A stretch of 62,933 bases of DNA, filler included, from Octopus bimaculoides (taxonomy: Eukaryota), in assembly GCF_001194135.2 (NCBI RefSeq). It is 4 parts of 4 records of this genome, joined end to end, with 100 filler letters (N's around TTAATTAATTAA, not from the genome) between each part and the next. Parts side by side here need not be neighbours in the genome. Positions count along the whole stretch, not along the records: positions 1 to 19,145 come from NC_068982.1; positions 19,246 to 34,207 come from NC_068991.1; 2 more parts are not named here. The stretch is one strand, 5' to 3'. The translations under genes were made by a program, and so were the position numbers. The notes under the pieces are model-generated. The model did not search any database and was not told the DNA's origin. It worked only from the letters and a program-made list of their open reading frames with translations. Shown piece by piece: positions 13,067 through 24,053 of this stretch (position 1 is its first letter; each line of letters opens with the position of its first letter).

Positions 13067-13344
13067 TTTTGTTCATCAAGTACGTGTGTATTCATCATTA
13101 TTTTATTTTACAAAAATCGAAGTATGTCTTTGACAGTTCCAGAATGTATTGAAATTATCTTGTGTGACTTATGGTCCACCCTGTATTATAAAGATGAAAT
13201 GCACACTGATAGAGTATACACACTCTTCATGGATAATTAATGTTAGTAAACGGTTATAGTTCTCAGCCAGGTATTGGTGTAAAAAAAAAAAGAATGTTGC
13301 ATATTGTACACACACACGCGCGAGCACACACACACATATATATA

Positions 13345-13500
13345 TCGTGTTTTTCTCCTTGTCTCCGTATTCTTTCTGTTGAAGAGCGTAGCTCGAAACG
13401 TCAAAGACTTTCCGTATTCCCGAGCGTCATACTAATATATACTTTTGTTATTTACACCACCTGTCCTCGTCTGTTGTTATTTTTTGTATATTCTCCCATA
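13345..13500 (+). mobile_element. Penelope-like terminal repeat fragment containing a hammerhead motif
   Basis: Contains the motif listed next. The same 3' portion occurs inverted at 53965-54010. Confidence 0.6.
13371..13407 (+). ncRNA. Minimal type I hammerhead ribozyme motif, A6U core variant
   Basis: TCTTT-CTGTTGA-A-GAGC(GTA)GCTC-GAAA-CGT-C-AAAGA: 5-bp stem I, 4-bp stem II, palindromic ACGT stem III and GUC triplet. Confidence 0.6.
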
Positions 13501-13505
13501 TATAC

Positions 13506-13536
<31 letters not shown>

Positions 13537-14084
13537 CATACATACATGCATATGTATAAATATAAATGTGTGTGTGTGTGTGAGTGTGTGCGCGTATATA
13601 TAGACATATTTATATATATATGCGTGCGTATGAAAGCCATATTATATTTATGCATACCTGTACACACATGATTCATTTGCGTATATACATTTAAGTGAAT
13701 GTATGCTTGAATGAATGTATGCATGAATGAATGTATGCATGTGTGTGCATACATACACAGATGCAAACACACCCACGCATACATACACACATACATGCTC
13801 GTGTGCATGTATATATTTTCGTTTTCGTTCCATTTGTTTTAGTTCGTTTATCCACAGCCGGATACCCTTTCTGTCACTAAATGTTACCTCTTTTCCTAGC
13901 AAGACATCTCTCATTTCACATATCTTCGAACATGCAAAGCTAGTGGAAGATTTGTTGATTGGAGAAATGACAATACCACCGCTTTGTCCCTCACGATTTT
14001 CGAAGAAGCGCAAATGAAAATAGGCACACCCACACAAGCAGAAACACACACACACACACACACATACACACACACGCATGTGTG

Positions 14085-14270
14085 TGTGTATCGTTGTATC
14101 TGTTTGTCCCTCACCACCGCTTGACAACTGGTGCTGGTTTGTTTACGTCCCCCATAACTTAGCAGTTCGATAAAAGAAACTGTACAAGGGTCGATTCTTC
14201 AAGGCCGTGTCCCAGCATGACCGCAGTCTGATGACTGAAACAAGTAAACGGTAAAAAATAAAAGATATAT
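14085..14270 (+). mobile_element. SINE family A, 3' half
   Basis: Same variant as 4975-5085. Confidence 0.75.
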
Positions 14271-14559
14271 GCATGTATAAAACTCATCCTCTATGTGGTC
14301 GTTTAGTATGCTAGAAATAGAGACTCGGAAACTAGATTGGCTCTTCATTATATCTAAGAGAAAGTCATGAAACCATGAGAGTGGTATGAAAAAAGCCCAA
14401 ATACCTCTAAAACAGTAGGATACGCGGAGATTTGAAAGTGATTAGTATAGTACTCAGCCAAAGAACTGTTACTCTAAACTTCCTATTTTGTATGTATGGG
14501 ACGGTCGAATTATAGACCACTGAGAAAGGAACGACTGGAAAGAAGAGATTACAATGTTG

Positions 14560-15290
14560 GGAAGCAAAACATCTTGAACATTCTCCTAGTATAGCCAGAA
14601 AACACTAGTTTTCCAGTACTTTTTTATTAAACTAGGTTTGAAGGAGTAAGTTATTAAAGCTGTATATAAGATAGGCAGTTCTTTCAAATGTCTCTGTGAA
14701 AATATATTACTCTAAAAAGTGAATAATTCAAAGTAACTTTGATGGTCCTAACATAAAGATGAAGTATTTATGAGTTTGCATAAATCTATTGAGAAAAATA
14801 GTTGGGTAGCATTTGCTTAAGTTGTGAAAAACTTTTCGTTTTAGTCAACAATAAATCTCAAAACTTTGAAAACCTGATAAATAATTTTGTTTTCCTTTTC
14901 GGAATCGAAAATGCAACATAATTGAACAGTTTTGAAATACTACATTAAGTCAAAATCTCGATCCGTGTAAAATATTGTGTTTATAACACAACATGTCTGT
15001 GGAGAGATTTTCTCTCAGACAAAACCTACAGCGTCATACATACCTTTCAAGAGTGAATATAGATTTTGTATGATACACTGATGGCAATTATACGATATGA
15101 ATGCTTGAAGTACATTTTAGTTGGCTGTTAATTTAAGGAGTGTTAGGGAAAAGGAAGGAGAGCGTCTCCATCAAGACATAAACAGTATGGAAAAAATACC
15201 TGCGGGTTAGAATAAAAATATGATGACAGGCTAGTGTTGGCTCTTTATATGAAAACAGACGAGATATGGTTATATTCAGCTATGAAAGAA
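14560..15290 (+). pseudogene. Degenerate CMC/Chapaev3-like transposase relic
   Basis: Collinear motifs IKLGL..IKA..K.GS.FKCLCE, FDGPNIK, EKNSWVAF..VVKNF, NNKSQNFENL and EGERLHQDINSMEK match the Chapaev3 pattern IKLGLMKQFVKAL...FDGPQIR...EHGERFHQDI..ME. Confidence 0.7.
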
Positions 15291-15668
15291 GAGAAAGCTG
15301 CTTCCTTAAACAGTGTACATGCCGAACCACCGTCTTTATGCTTAATCTACATGTTCAGACGTTGAATTAACATGATACAAATGGAATTTGTTGGCTGGTT
15401 GATGCATTACTTCCTACAACACCGTGCTATTTATTTCTTATATGTGTCATTTCAGTGATATTTGACGTATTTTTTAGTTTTGTTGTGGCTGGATAATGCA
15501 AGAACGGCTACATTTGTATAATAAAATATGCCAATTTTTAAGATAAAGTTTTACAAAATATATTTGATTTTCATAAATACATTAATACAATGTAAAACAA
15601 AATCTTAGGTGAATAGTGTAAGACCTTCCTATAAAATAGCTCATAACTTCTTTTTGTACTGATATATA

Positions 15669-16076
15669 CTCTTTACTCTTTTACTTGTTTCAGTCATTTG
15701 ACTGCGGCCATGCTGGAGCACCGCCTTTAGTCGAGCAAATCGACCCCGGGACTTATTCTTTGTAAGCCTAGTACTTATTCTATCGGTCTCTTTTGCCGAA
15801 CCGCTAAGTGACGGGGACATAAACACACCAGCATCGGTTGTCAAGCGAAGTTGGGGGGACAAACACAGACACACAAACATATACACATACATATATATAT
15901 ATATACATATATACGACGGGCTTCTTTCAGTTTCCCTCTACCAAATCCACTCACAAGGCTTTGGTCGGCCCGAGGCTATAGTAGAAGACACTTGCCCAAG
16001 GTGCCACACAGTGTGACTGAACCCGGAACCATGTGGCTGGTAAGCAAGCTACTTACCACACAGCCACTCCTGCGCC
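15669..16076 (-). mobile_element. SINE family A, full length and well conserved
   Basis: Complete head (GGCGCAGGAGTGGCTGTGTGGTAAG...GGTTCAGTC), core CTTGGGCAAGTGTCTTCT, internal microsatellite and tail. Nearly identical to 28404-28768. Confidence 0.92.
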
Positions 16077-16324
16077 TATATATATGCATATATATATATA
16101 TATGCATATATATATATATATGTATATGCATCGAAAAACCAGATATGGGTACCATTCATGAAAAAAGTTTTAAAAATGCAGTCCAGCAAAATACACACAC
16201 GCACGCACGCATTCTCTGTCTCTCTCTCTCACACACACACACACGCATACACACACACACACACATACATACATACATACATACATACATACATACATAC
16301 ATAGACACACATACGCGCATACAC

Positions 16325-16760
16325 ACAAGCTACTCTAGAGTCATGATGTGGTTTCAAAAAACTATTTACAATGTTAATCGCAGACAGAAATGCCCTGACA
16401 GATACATCAAAGTCATGTCAGAACCAGAATGTATTTACACCTCTACACACAAGGAATTCTGGAGCAATATTCCAATAAAAACAACAATCACTCTCAAGCG
16501 CCACAGATATGATATTGTTCTGTGGCACAAGGAACAAAGGACATGTACAGTTGTAGAGGTCAGCTGGTCAGTAGATGTGAACGTACTATCAAAAGTGCAG
16601 ATCAACGAGAACATTAATGGTGAACTAATACGGAATGTACAAATCTTCTACACTGACTATAAATTTTCATTTGTACCTATCATCATAGTTGCATTATTTT
16701 ATGTGACTATGGATTTCGTAAGATATTCCAAAGATTCTCCATTTGAAATTATTTTAACGA
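16325..16760 (+). mobile_element. RLE-type non-LTR retrotransposon 3' relic (R4/Dong/HERO-like)
   Basis: Translation includes KTIYN...EFWSNIPIKT...DIVLW...CTVVEVSW.VDVNV..KV...EN..G.LIRN.QI.Y.DYKF.FVPIII, a PD-(D/E)xK-like restriction-like endonuclease region. Confidence 0.75.
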
Positions 16761-16805
16761 TTGTTTTTATTTGAGGCAGTCGTATCTAGAACCGTGTACT
16801 TAATG

Positions 16806-16844
<39 letters not shown>

Positions 16845-16848
16845 ATGA

Positions 16849-16879
<31 letters not shown>

Positions 16880-17139
16880 CAACAACGGGAGCGACCAGGT
16901 GGCGTGCACTATTCTTGAGCAAGACCCTTCATTTCACGCTGGTCCAGTCTACCCAGTAAAAGACGAGAACCAGCTTAGTGCAGCCATCTCTCATTCCAGC
17001 AGAAAGAACAAATGCAGACAGGCATACATATGCATTCATATATCCTTGATGTTCCGCTCAATCAAAGAATTAGAAGGCCGAGAAGGTGTCACTGCCTGCT
17101 CGCAACTACATAGGCATCTGAAACAATTTGAGAAAGCAT

Positions 17140-17272
17140 GGTACATGCCAGCGGCCCTTTTGTTGGCCCAGGGGCCATAGTAGAAGACACTTGCCCAACA
17201 TGCAGTCGGACTGAACACGAAACCACGTGGTTGCAAAAGGAGCTTCTTAATCACACGGTCATGCATGCGCCT
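17140..17272 (-). mobile_element. SINE family A head fragment
   Basis: GTAGAAGACACTTGCCCAA...CTGAACACGAAACCACGTGG. Confidence 0.7.
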
Positions 17273-17554
17273 ATATATATATATATATATATATAACATT
17301 AATCGTTTACTAACATTAATTATCCGTGATTATAATACGCGCTCCCAACTATATATCGAAGAGTGTGTATACTCTATCAGTGTGCATTTCATCTTTATAA
17401 TACAAGGTGGGCCATAAGTCACACAAGATAATATGTATATATATACATGTATGTGTGTGCGTATACATAATACATACATACATACATACATATGTTTCGT
17501 TTTGGGATTTGGTTTGCAAGATTTTTTATGTGATTTCGTGTGTTGAAACATATT

Positions 17555-17732
17555 CTGTTGTGTCTGGGGAGAGTCAGTTTCTTATTGTGCCTTGAAATTT
17601 AACACACTCACCGTTAAAATTTCCACTTATTTCTTATTTTTATTTTCCTAAAATTTTCATTGCGTCTTGCAACCTTATCAATAGTCTTGACTAAAGGCAC
17701 AATGAGAAAAAGTCTCTCCCCAGACACAACAG
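17555..17732. repeat. 39-bp inverted repeat pair within an interspersed repeat
   Basis: CTGTTGTGTCTGGGGAGAG...ATTGTGCCTT (17555-17593) versus AAGGCACAAT...CTCTCCCCAGACACAACAG (17694-17732). Related single-arm sequences at about 6885-6965 and 45905-45990. Confidence 0.8.
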
Positions 17733-17950
17733 TACATACATATGTGTTTTCCAAAATGGAGGCGAACACCTTTCTCCATGTGATTGGCTTGAAAAATTGT
17801 TAAGACACTAGGGTATTTTCCCACTTTTCTTAGTATGAAATCAATGGTAGCCTTAATTCAGAAATACAGAAATTATATCCACGAATGCGGTGCTGAGCAC
17901 TCATTTTCATTGTTCGACATTTACATGTGTGTGTGTTTGTGCGCGCACGT

Positions 17951-18003
<53 letters not shown>

Positions 18004-18129
18004 CATATATCTAGTTGTACAACAAAATTGTTGCTACGTGTTGGAATGATTACAAGTGTATTCGGTTTGGTGCGAAAGAAAGACCAAAATCTTGCTATAA
18101 TGTAGTTCAAAAGAATGTGAATGTTTTCT

Positions 18130-18330
18130 GCCAACATCCAATTTAAAGTGTGTTGGTCTGTAATGAGATGTAGTAATGGACGGATACCGAGAGAAGCGCT
18201 AGGGTGGAAACATTATGGTGGAAACCGAGCAGAAAGAAGATACGAAGCTGATATAGCAAAGATGTTGAAGAAATTATCTGAAATGCTTCAGAAAGATTTT
18301 GACGATGTTGGTACCTTACCGTTTGTTTAA
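18130..18330 (+). mobile_element. RTE LINE ORF2 C-terminal relic
   Basis: CWSVMRCSNGRIPREALGWKHYGGNR resembles the RTE motif W.GHV.R....RIPK.AL.W...GG.R. Confidence 0.6.
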
Positions 18331-18407
18331 TTCACATGTATGTATATATGTATGTATGTATGTATGTATACACTCTTACACGCGCGCGGGGATATTTCTA
18401 ACATTTG

Positions 18408-18456
<49 letters not shown>

Positions 18457-18473
18457 NNNNNNNNNNNNNNNNN

Positions 18474-18523
<50 letters not shown>

Positions 18524-18830
18524 TATGTACACTTATTATCATCATCATCATGATTAGTGTTATTATTATTGTTATTTTTGTAATAATAATAATTTATACT
18601 AATTACTTTCGTTAGCCACAGGGTACATCACAAAGGCAGGAAACAGTGTGAGTGGGGATTTACATGAAGGATAGGGTGAAAGAAATGGATAAGACTGAAA
18701 TGAGATAAAACTATACATAGTATAATACCAAGTATGTGATAACAGAAATGATGCAAATCCAAGATAACCCTGACCACCAAAGGTACGAGCCCTTTCTCTT
18801 GCTCTCCGATTTACAGGCGCATACTTAGAG

Positions 18831-18870
18831 TAACCCTAACCCTAACCCTAACCCTAACCCTAACCCTAAC
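18831..18870. repeat. Interstitial telomere-type repeat (TAACCC)6
   Basis: Six full TAACCC units plus TAAC. Confidence 0.95.
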
Positions 18871-19145
18871 TCTAGAATCCGAACTCTAAAATTGTTACAC
18901 ACATAGATACGCACAGCGTAATTTATTATATAAACAATATATGCGTATAAATTACGATTAAACCGGATGAAATATGTCACAGGGAATAACATTTTTATGA
19001 CCGCCCAGCAGTAACTCTATTGAGCTGAATAGACGTCAGTGATTGGTTGAAATTACAGAAATACGACAACTTTAACATGGAATAACTTGCGAATTCCTTT
19101 TTTTTTGTTAAGAAGACTAAGAGTAAAAGATGTTTTATATGACAC

Positions 19146-19245
19146 NNNNNNNNNNNNNNNNNNNNNNNNNNNNNNNNNNNNNNNNNNNNTTAATTAATTA
19201 ANNNNNNNNNNNNNNNNNNNNNNNNNNNNNNNNNNNNNNNNNNNN
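19146..19245. other. Artificial scaffold spacer N44-TTAATTAATTAA-N44
   Basis: Exactly 100 bp; the 12-mer has stops in all six frames; identical at three sites. Confidence 0.95.
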
Positions 19246-19854
19246 GTTATTTCCCTTCTCCAGCGTACGATAACCGCCGACCTTCGATGAGAAAGACAAT
19301 CTCTTGGCAAAATATAAGTATTTTTCCAGTGAAGTTCTTCACTGATATCGAAAAAGTGAAAACAAGCAATGTTAAATCTTTGAACGAGGTATTAACAGTA
19401 ACTGCACGATAAAGTGAAGTATATTTGCCATTTAAATGTGGCTGACCCCTAAGGGTGGATGTTACTGTTGCTTTTAGCCCCAGGAGAACATCTCCTCCAG
19501 CTGGCTTATCGACACACTTCTGTGTCCTGTCTATTTTTGCCAAGGGAAGTTACGTACGTATCGCAGATCAAGATCAAGATGATGATGATTATTATTATTA
19601 TTATTATTATTATTAAGGCGGCGGCGAGCTGGCATAATCGTTAGCACGCCAGGTGAAATGCTTAGTATTTCGTAAAGCAGAACAATAATTTCCCATAGTA
19701 GCAATGTTATAAATCGTAATTCGTTCCCAGAAAAATATTTTACCTATAAAATTTATAATAGTCCTAAATAAATGGCAATAAAACAACAGTAACGAGACGA
19801 GATCTCAATACTAAGAGTGGATTAGAGTTATATCTAAAGCAGAATTCATGTGAA

Positions 19855-19998
19855 TGAGACTTAAAGATTTTGATGGCGTGATTGTTTGTTTTGAGAATGA
19901 CATTATGTGGTAGGTGTGAGAGGCTGGATCTGACTAGTTTGAGCATAAAATAGATGGAATATTTGAGCCAAATATGGTCAGTTTAATTACTAAAGGGT
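19855..19998. mobile_element. piggyBac-like MITE, one half
   Basis: Ends ...TACTAAAGGG. An inverted relative at 32608-32825 ends GCCAAAGGG|TTAA. Confidence 0.5.
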
Positions 19999-20610
19999 GC
20001 TGCAGTCTGCTAATGTTAACGATGGGCTTTCACTGAGAGAGTTGTTGAGTTCGAGTGAAGCTTAATATTTGGACTGATTGTGAGACCTCACGTTCAATGC
20101 TGCTTGTGTTTAAGGGAATAGAGAGATAATATTTTCTTGATATGTGCAGTAGCTGAAATTCTGTAATGAAGAAAACAAGATTGACATGACTCAGAGGATA
20201 TTTTGAGATATCCGTACCTCAGAATCTGCGTGCGAGGTTGTATATAACTGACATTGGTGATGACAAGCAGGATGTTGATGGAGCTATAATCCAGCGCTGA
20301 TTGGGTAAAACTGTCCCAATCGTGACCACCATGTCATATTCAGGAGCTATGTTATTCAATGTATTCTTTCTTCTTTTGCTATAAGAGGCTAGCTTATATT
20401 TTGAGAGAGGTTTAACTGCTATTTTTAGTAAGTCGGATGACTACGTGAGAAGATCGCTCCTGTATTGTCGCTTGGTTTCACCCTACTGAGTAGATCGAAG
20501 ATAAAAGCTTTTTTTGTTTTTGTAGATCGATGTTCTTCGTATGCAGATGACAGATGATTGACAAAACCTCTGCGTGCACGCACGTACACACAGTCACTCA
20601 CGTACGCAAT

Positions 20611-21446
20611 AGGGCTTTCCTATAAGTAGGTTATCTCCCTTGGCTAGGCGGCGCTCCATGTAGATAATTAAACTTCCGGAGGCTACCCACGCCATTGTTA
20701 TTGTTTTACGTCTTATCATGGATATAAAGCAGCTTGATGATTCAGCTATCGAAGTACTTACTGTGCCTGAGTTAAAGAAATATTTAAGATTATATGGACA
20801 GTATGTTACTGGAAGAAAGGCGGACTTGACTGAAAGGTTGAAAGGAATAAAAATTCTGTCGATGAAGAATGTCAACAAAGTAAATTCATCGGACGATAAG
20901 TCTGAAGTATCGGACGATACTTCAGACAGGAATAAGCAGAAGCTTATNNNNNNNNNNNNNNNNNNNNNNNNNNNNNNNNNNNNNNNNNNNNNNNNNNNNN
21001 NNNNNNNNNNNNNNNNNNNNNNNNNNNNNNNNNNNNNNNNNNNNNNNNNNNNNNNNNTCCTCTCGGTGAAGTATTGCCTGATCTAAAGATCTTTGTAAGT
21101 TGCCGAATTTCACAGATAATGGCATAATTACCTCGTGCTATGGATGAAAGCAAAGCAACAGTTAAGGAGTGGCATATTTTACCACGACAGACACGTACAC
21201 AGCATCGAATACCACGATGTGAGTGAAAGCTGCTCTCACTGTATTGTCCGGTGTCTGGTAATCCCTTCAATACCGACATCAAACCAAAAAAAGAATCCTG
21301 ACCACAGAGTGTGGGTAATTATGTCAAATGTCACTGGCAATGTGCATTCAGCTGATTGCAACTGTTAAAGCAAGTCACTGAGCATGCGTACATGTCATAC
21401 GGGAGAGTTCCAATCAGGGGTGGATAACACCTTATAGGAAAGCCCT
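20611..21446 (+). mobile_element. Non-autonomous TIR DNA transposon, ISL2EU/KolobokE-like deletion derivative
   Basis: Perfect 16-bp TIRs AGGGCTTTCCTATAAG (20611-20626) and CTTATAGGAAAGCCCT (21431-21446), with AT on both flanks (20609-20610, 21447-21448). Confidence 0.85.
20718..21368 (+). pseudogene. Truncated SAP + SWIM-type accessory ORF of the TIR element
   Basis: LTVPELKKYLRLYGQYVTGRKADLTERL is SAP-like. After the gap, VRCLVIPS...HRVWVIMSNVTGNVHSADCNC leads into a SWIM CxC. Frameshifted and truncated. Confidence 0.75.
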
Positions 21447-22135
21447 ATCCAGGGTAATGCTTTCATTATAAATGGGATGGTTAACCTGATTTTAATATAT
21501 CCGTTACATTAATATTTTTTTCTTCTCAATCCCATCACTCACATGAACTTACTCTGCCTCATTGATACAAGTACCCTCTGTCGCCCGCCCTTCATCCCGT
21601 TTCACCCTAACTGCCATATATTCACTCTTGTAAATACTAGCTTCGCTTGTCTCTCAGAACCTGTTAACTTCAAACTTCGTCCACGCGTAAAATACACACC
21701 CAAACATTCACAGCATCCACCCTCCTTGCATCTCTTTACGCGTGTTCCCCTCTCTCCATCCCCACCCGTCTCCAATATTATTATGTATCTCTGTTATCAT
21801 ACGACATGACCTTCACGTTTTAATCTTTTCGCTTGGCGCCTCTTTTTTTTCCCTCTGCATTTACAGGCTCGGGAACAGGGTCGCATAGGGTGCAAGCGCT
21901 CTTTCACATTAAATTTTCTTGCGGGAGCAATGTTTTGAACATCGTGTGTGTGTGTGCCTGTTCTGTTTTTATGTATTTATGTGTTGTGGAATATAGATAT
22001 AATGAAGTTATGCCAGCAATGTCACATTTTAAACTTGAAGGAAAAAAGCCTTGCGTATTTGTTTTTACCTGCTTCATGTGCGTATGTAAAATCCGTAAAT
22101 TTCCAAACAGAAAACGAGAACGCCGTATCAATTAT

Positions 22136-23848
22136 ATCTTTCTTTATTGCCCACAAGGGGCCAACACAGAGAGGACAAGACAAACACATATGGGGACACA
22201 TAACCCGAAAATAAATAAAACTGAAAAAATAAAATCAAAACGTATGATAAAATGAATAACATGAAAATGTACTGCCTGCCATACCTCAAGCAGCATCACT
22301 TACTTCCTTGGGAGTCCTTTTGTCACATCGACGCCAAATTTTTCTAATAGTTCTTCATACCCTATGTTGTTTGGCATCCTTTTAACGTCTGTATTGATTT
22401 TTCAAGAACTTATAACCTTTTTTTGTATTTCTTCACTTCTTCTGCTTTTCTGAAAGTAGCACACATATGTGCCACCATATTATGCCCATATGTTCTTTTT
22501 TGTACCGACAAATTTTGTCGTCTTCCAATCTGTTGCTTTCCGAATTAGTTCCTTATTCTCTTTGTCCGTCAATATACAAACGCAATTTACTTAACGGGGA
22601 GGGGAATTCTTTGTACTTTATTGTGAATACATCTCTTTCTTGGGGGCGGNNNNNNNNNNNNNNNNNNNNNNNNNNNNNNNNNNNNNNNNNNNNNNNNNNN
22701 NNNNNNNNNNNNNNNNNNNNNNNNNNNNNNNNNNNNNNNNNNNNNNNNNNNNNNNNNNNNNNNNNNNNNNNNNNNNNNNNNNNNNNNNNNNNNNNNNNNT
22801 CAGGTTTGGGGTTCCACATCACTCTGTTCTTTTTTCCTCTTTTTCCTTCCTTCTACAATCGTCCATGCTTCCTCTCTTTCTTTTTCCCCTTGCTTCTTTT
22901 TCTGGCCTCTCGTCCATCCTTTCCGTAGTCTGCTTCTACAAGAGGGCAGTATGCTCTAATGTGGCCTTTTTAGCCACATTTGAAACAACAAGGAGTCCTG
23001 CCCTCCACCCACACTTTCAACACTACATCTCCGATTGATACTGTTTCCACCAAATTTTTGAATGTTTCAACTGTAGCTTGTACAATGAAATCCATTGTTT
23101 GTCCTTTCCAAACTGAGTTTTCCGTTTTTTTGTGGCTTGGGGGACGGTTATTTCTTCCTTACTTCCTAGAAGAACAGCCGCCACGACCCAAGTCACATCT
23201 ATTTCTAGTGGGATGCCTTCCACCTTAATTCTGGAAGTCCTTCTTCCCAAATAAGTGGGTAGAAAGACCACTTTGTTTTTGCTGTATTTATAGCGTTTTA
23301 CTCTGCTTTGTCCTCCATCTTGAAATGGACTATAATAGTTCCGAATTTACTTCCTCTGGCAAGATATGTTATATCTTGTCAGACTGAGCACGATGCCTTT
23401 TCTATAGTTTCTGCTTCCACGTCTTCTATTTTCTTTTCCTCCACTGAGTACACTTTGTATACTACAGTCTTTTTGTCTATTTCGTCCATTATCTTCTGGA
23501 GTGGTGAGAGCTTAACGTCACCACCCACTCTACATGCCATTTTTTTCATATTTTCCAATATTTGACAGGTCTACCTCCTTTTCCTTTTTTACTTCTGTAA
23601 CTTCTGCAAAGCTTTTCTTCTTTAGGCATTTGTCCATCCTGTTGACTGCAAGAAGTAGCTCCTCCTCCGAAGAGGACAATTCGGAACCACTAATGCCCGA
23701 CTAGTACATCCTTTCTGCCATGGTTTCTCTCGATAAAATCGAAAGAAAGCACAGCTAGAAAACCACTGCAAACCAGCACAAAACAACCAACAATTCAAAC
23801 AGCAGCAATTTCAAACAATAATCAAACTTCAACTCACACTACCAACGC
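22136..23848 (-). mobile_element. Tx1/L1-like element with ORF1 only
   Basis: ATG at 23721. Degenerate gag-like ORF with KVWVEGRTPCCFKCG*KGHIRAYCP (CX2CX4HX4C knuckle, about 22935-23015). A short 3' region ends CCCCTTGTGGGCAATAAAGAA; no ORF2 is visible. Confidence 0.75.
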
Positions 23849-23855
23849 CTAAATA

Positions 23856-24053
23856 TTCTTTTCTACTATAGGCACAAGGCCCGAAATTTTAGGGGAGGTG
23901 GCAGTCGATTAGATCGACCCCAGTACGCAACTGGTACTTAATTTATCGACTCCGAAAGGATGAAAGATAAAGTCGACCTTGGCCGAATTTGAACTCAGAA
24001 CACGAAGACAGACGAAATACCGCTAAGCATTTCGCCCGGCATGCTTACGTTTC
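23856..24053 (-). mobile_element. SINE family B lacking the first ~16 nt of its head
   Basis: Complete body and tail. The head stops at GAAACGTAAGCATGCCGGG, where the next element abuts. Confidence 0.85.

Larger units (their letters stand above)
12206..13183. mobile_element. Tc1/mariner-type MITE carrying nested SINEs
   Basis: Left end TA|CAGAGTGGGCCAAAAGTC and right end GACTTATGGTCCACCCTG|TA. Terminal inverted match is 19/24, and TA flanks both ends. A related lone TIR occurs at 17401-17430. Confidence 0.6.

Noticed and set aside
20100-20340. Minus-strand YDMVVTIG resembling a methyltransferase motif
   Set aside because: The similarity does not extend, and there are no splice signals.
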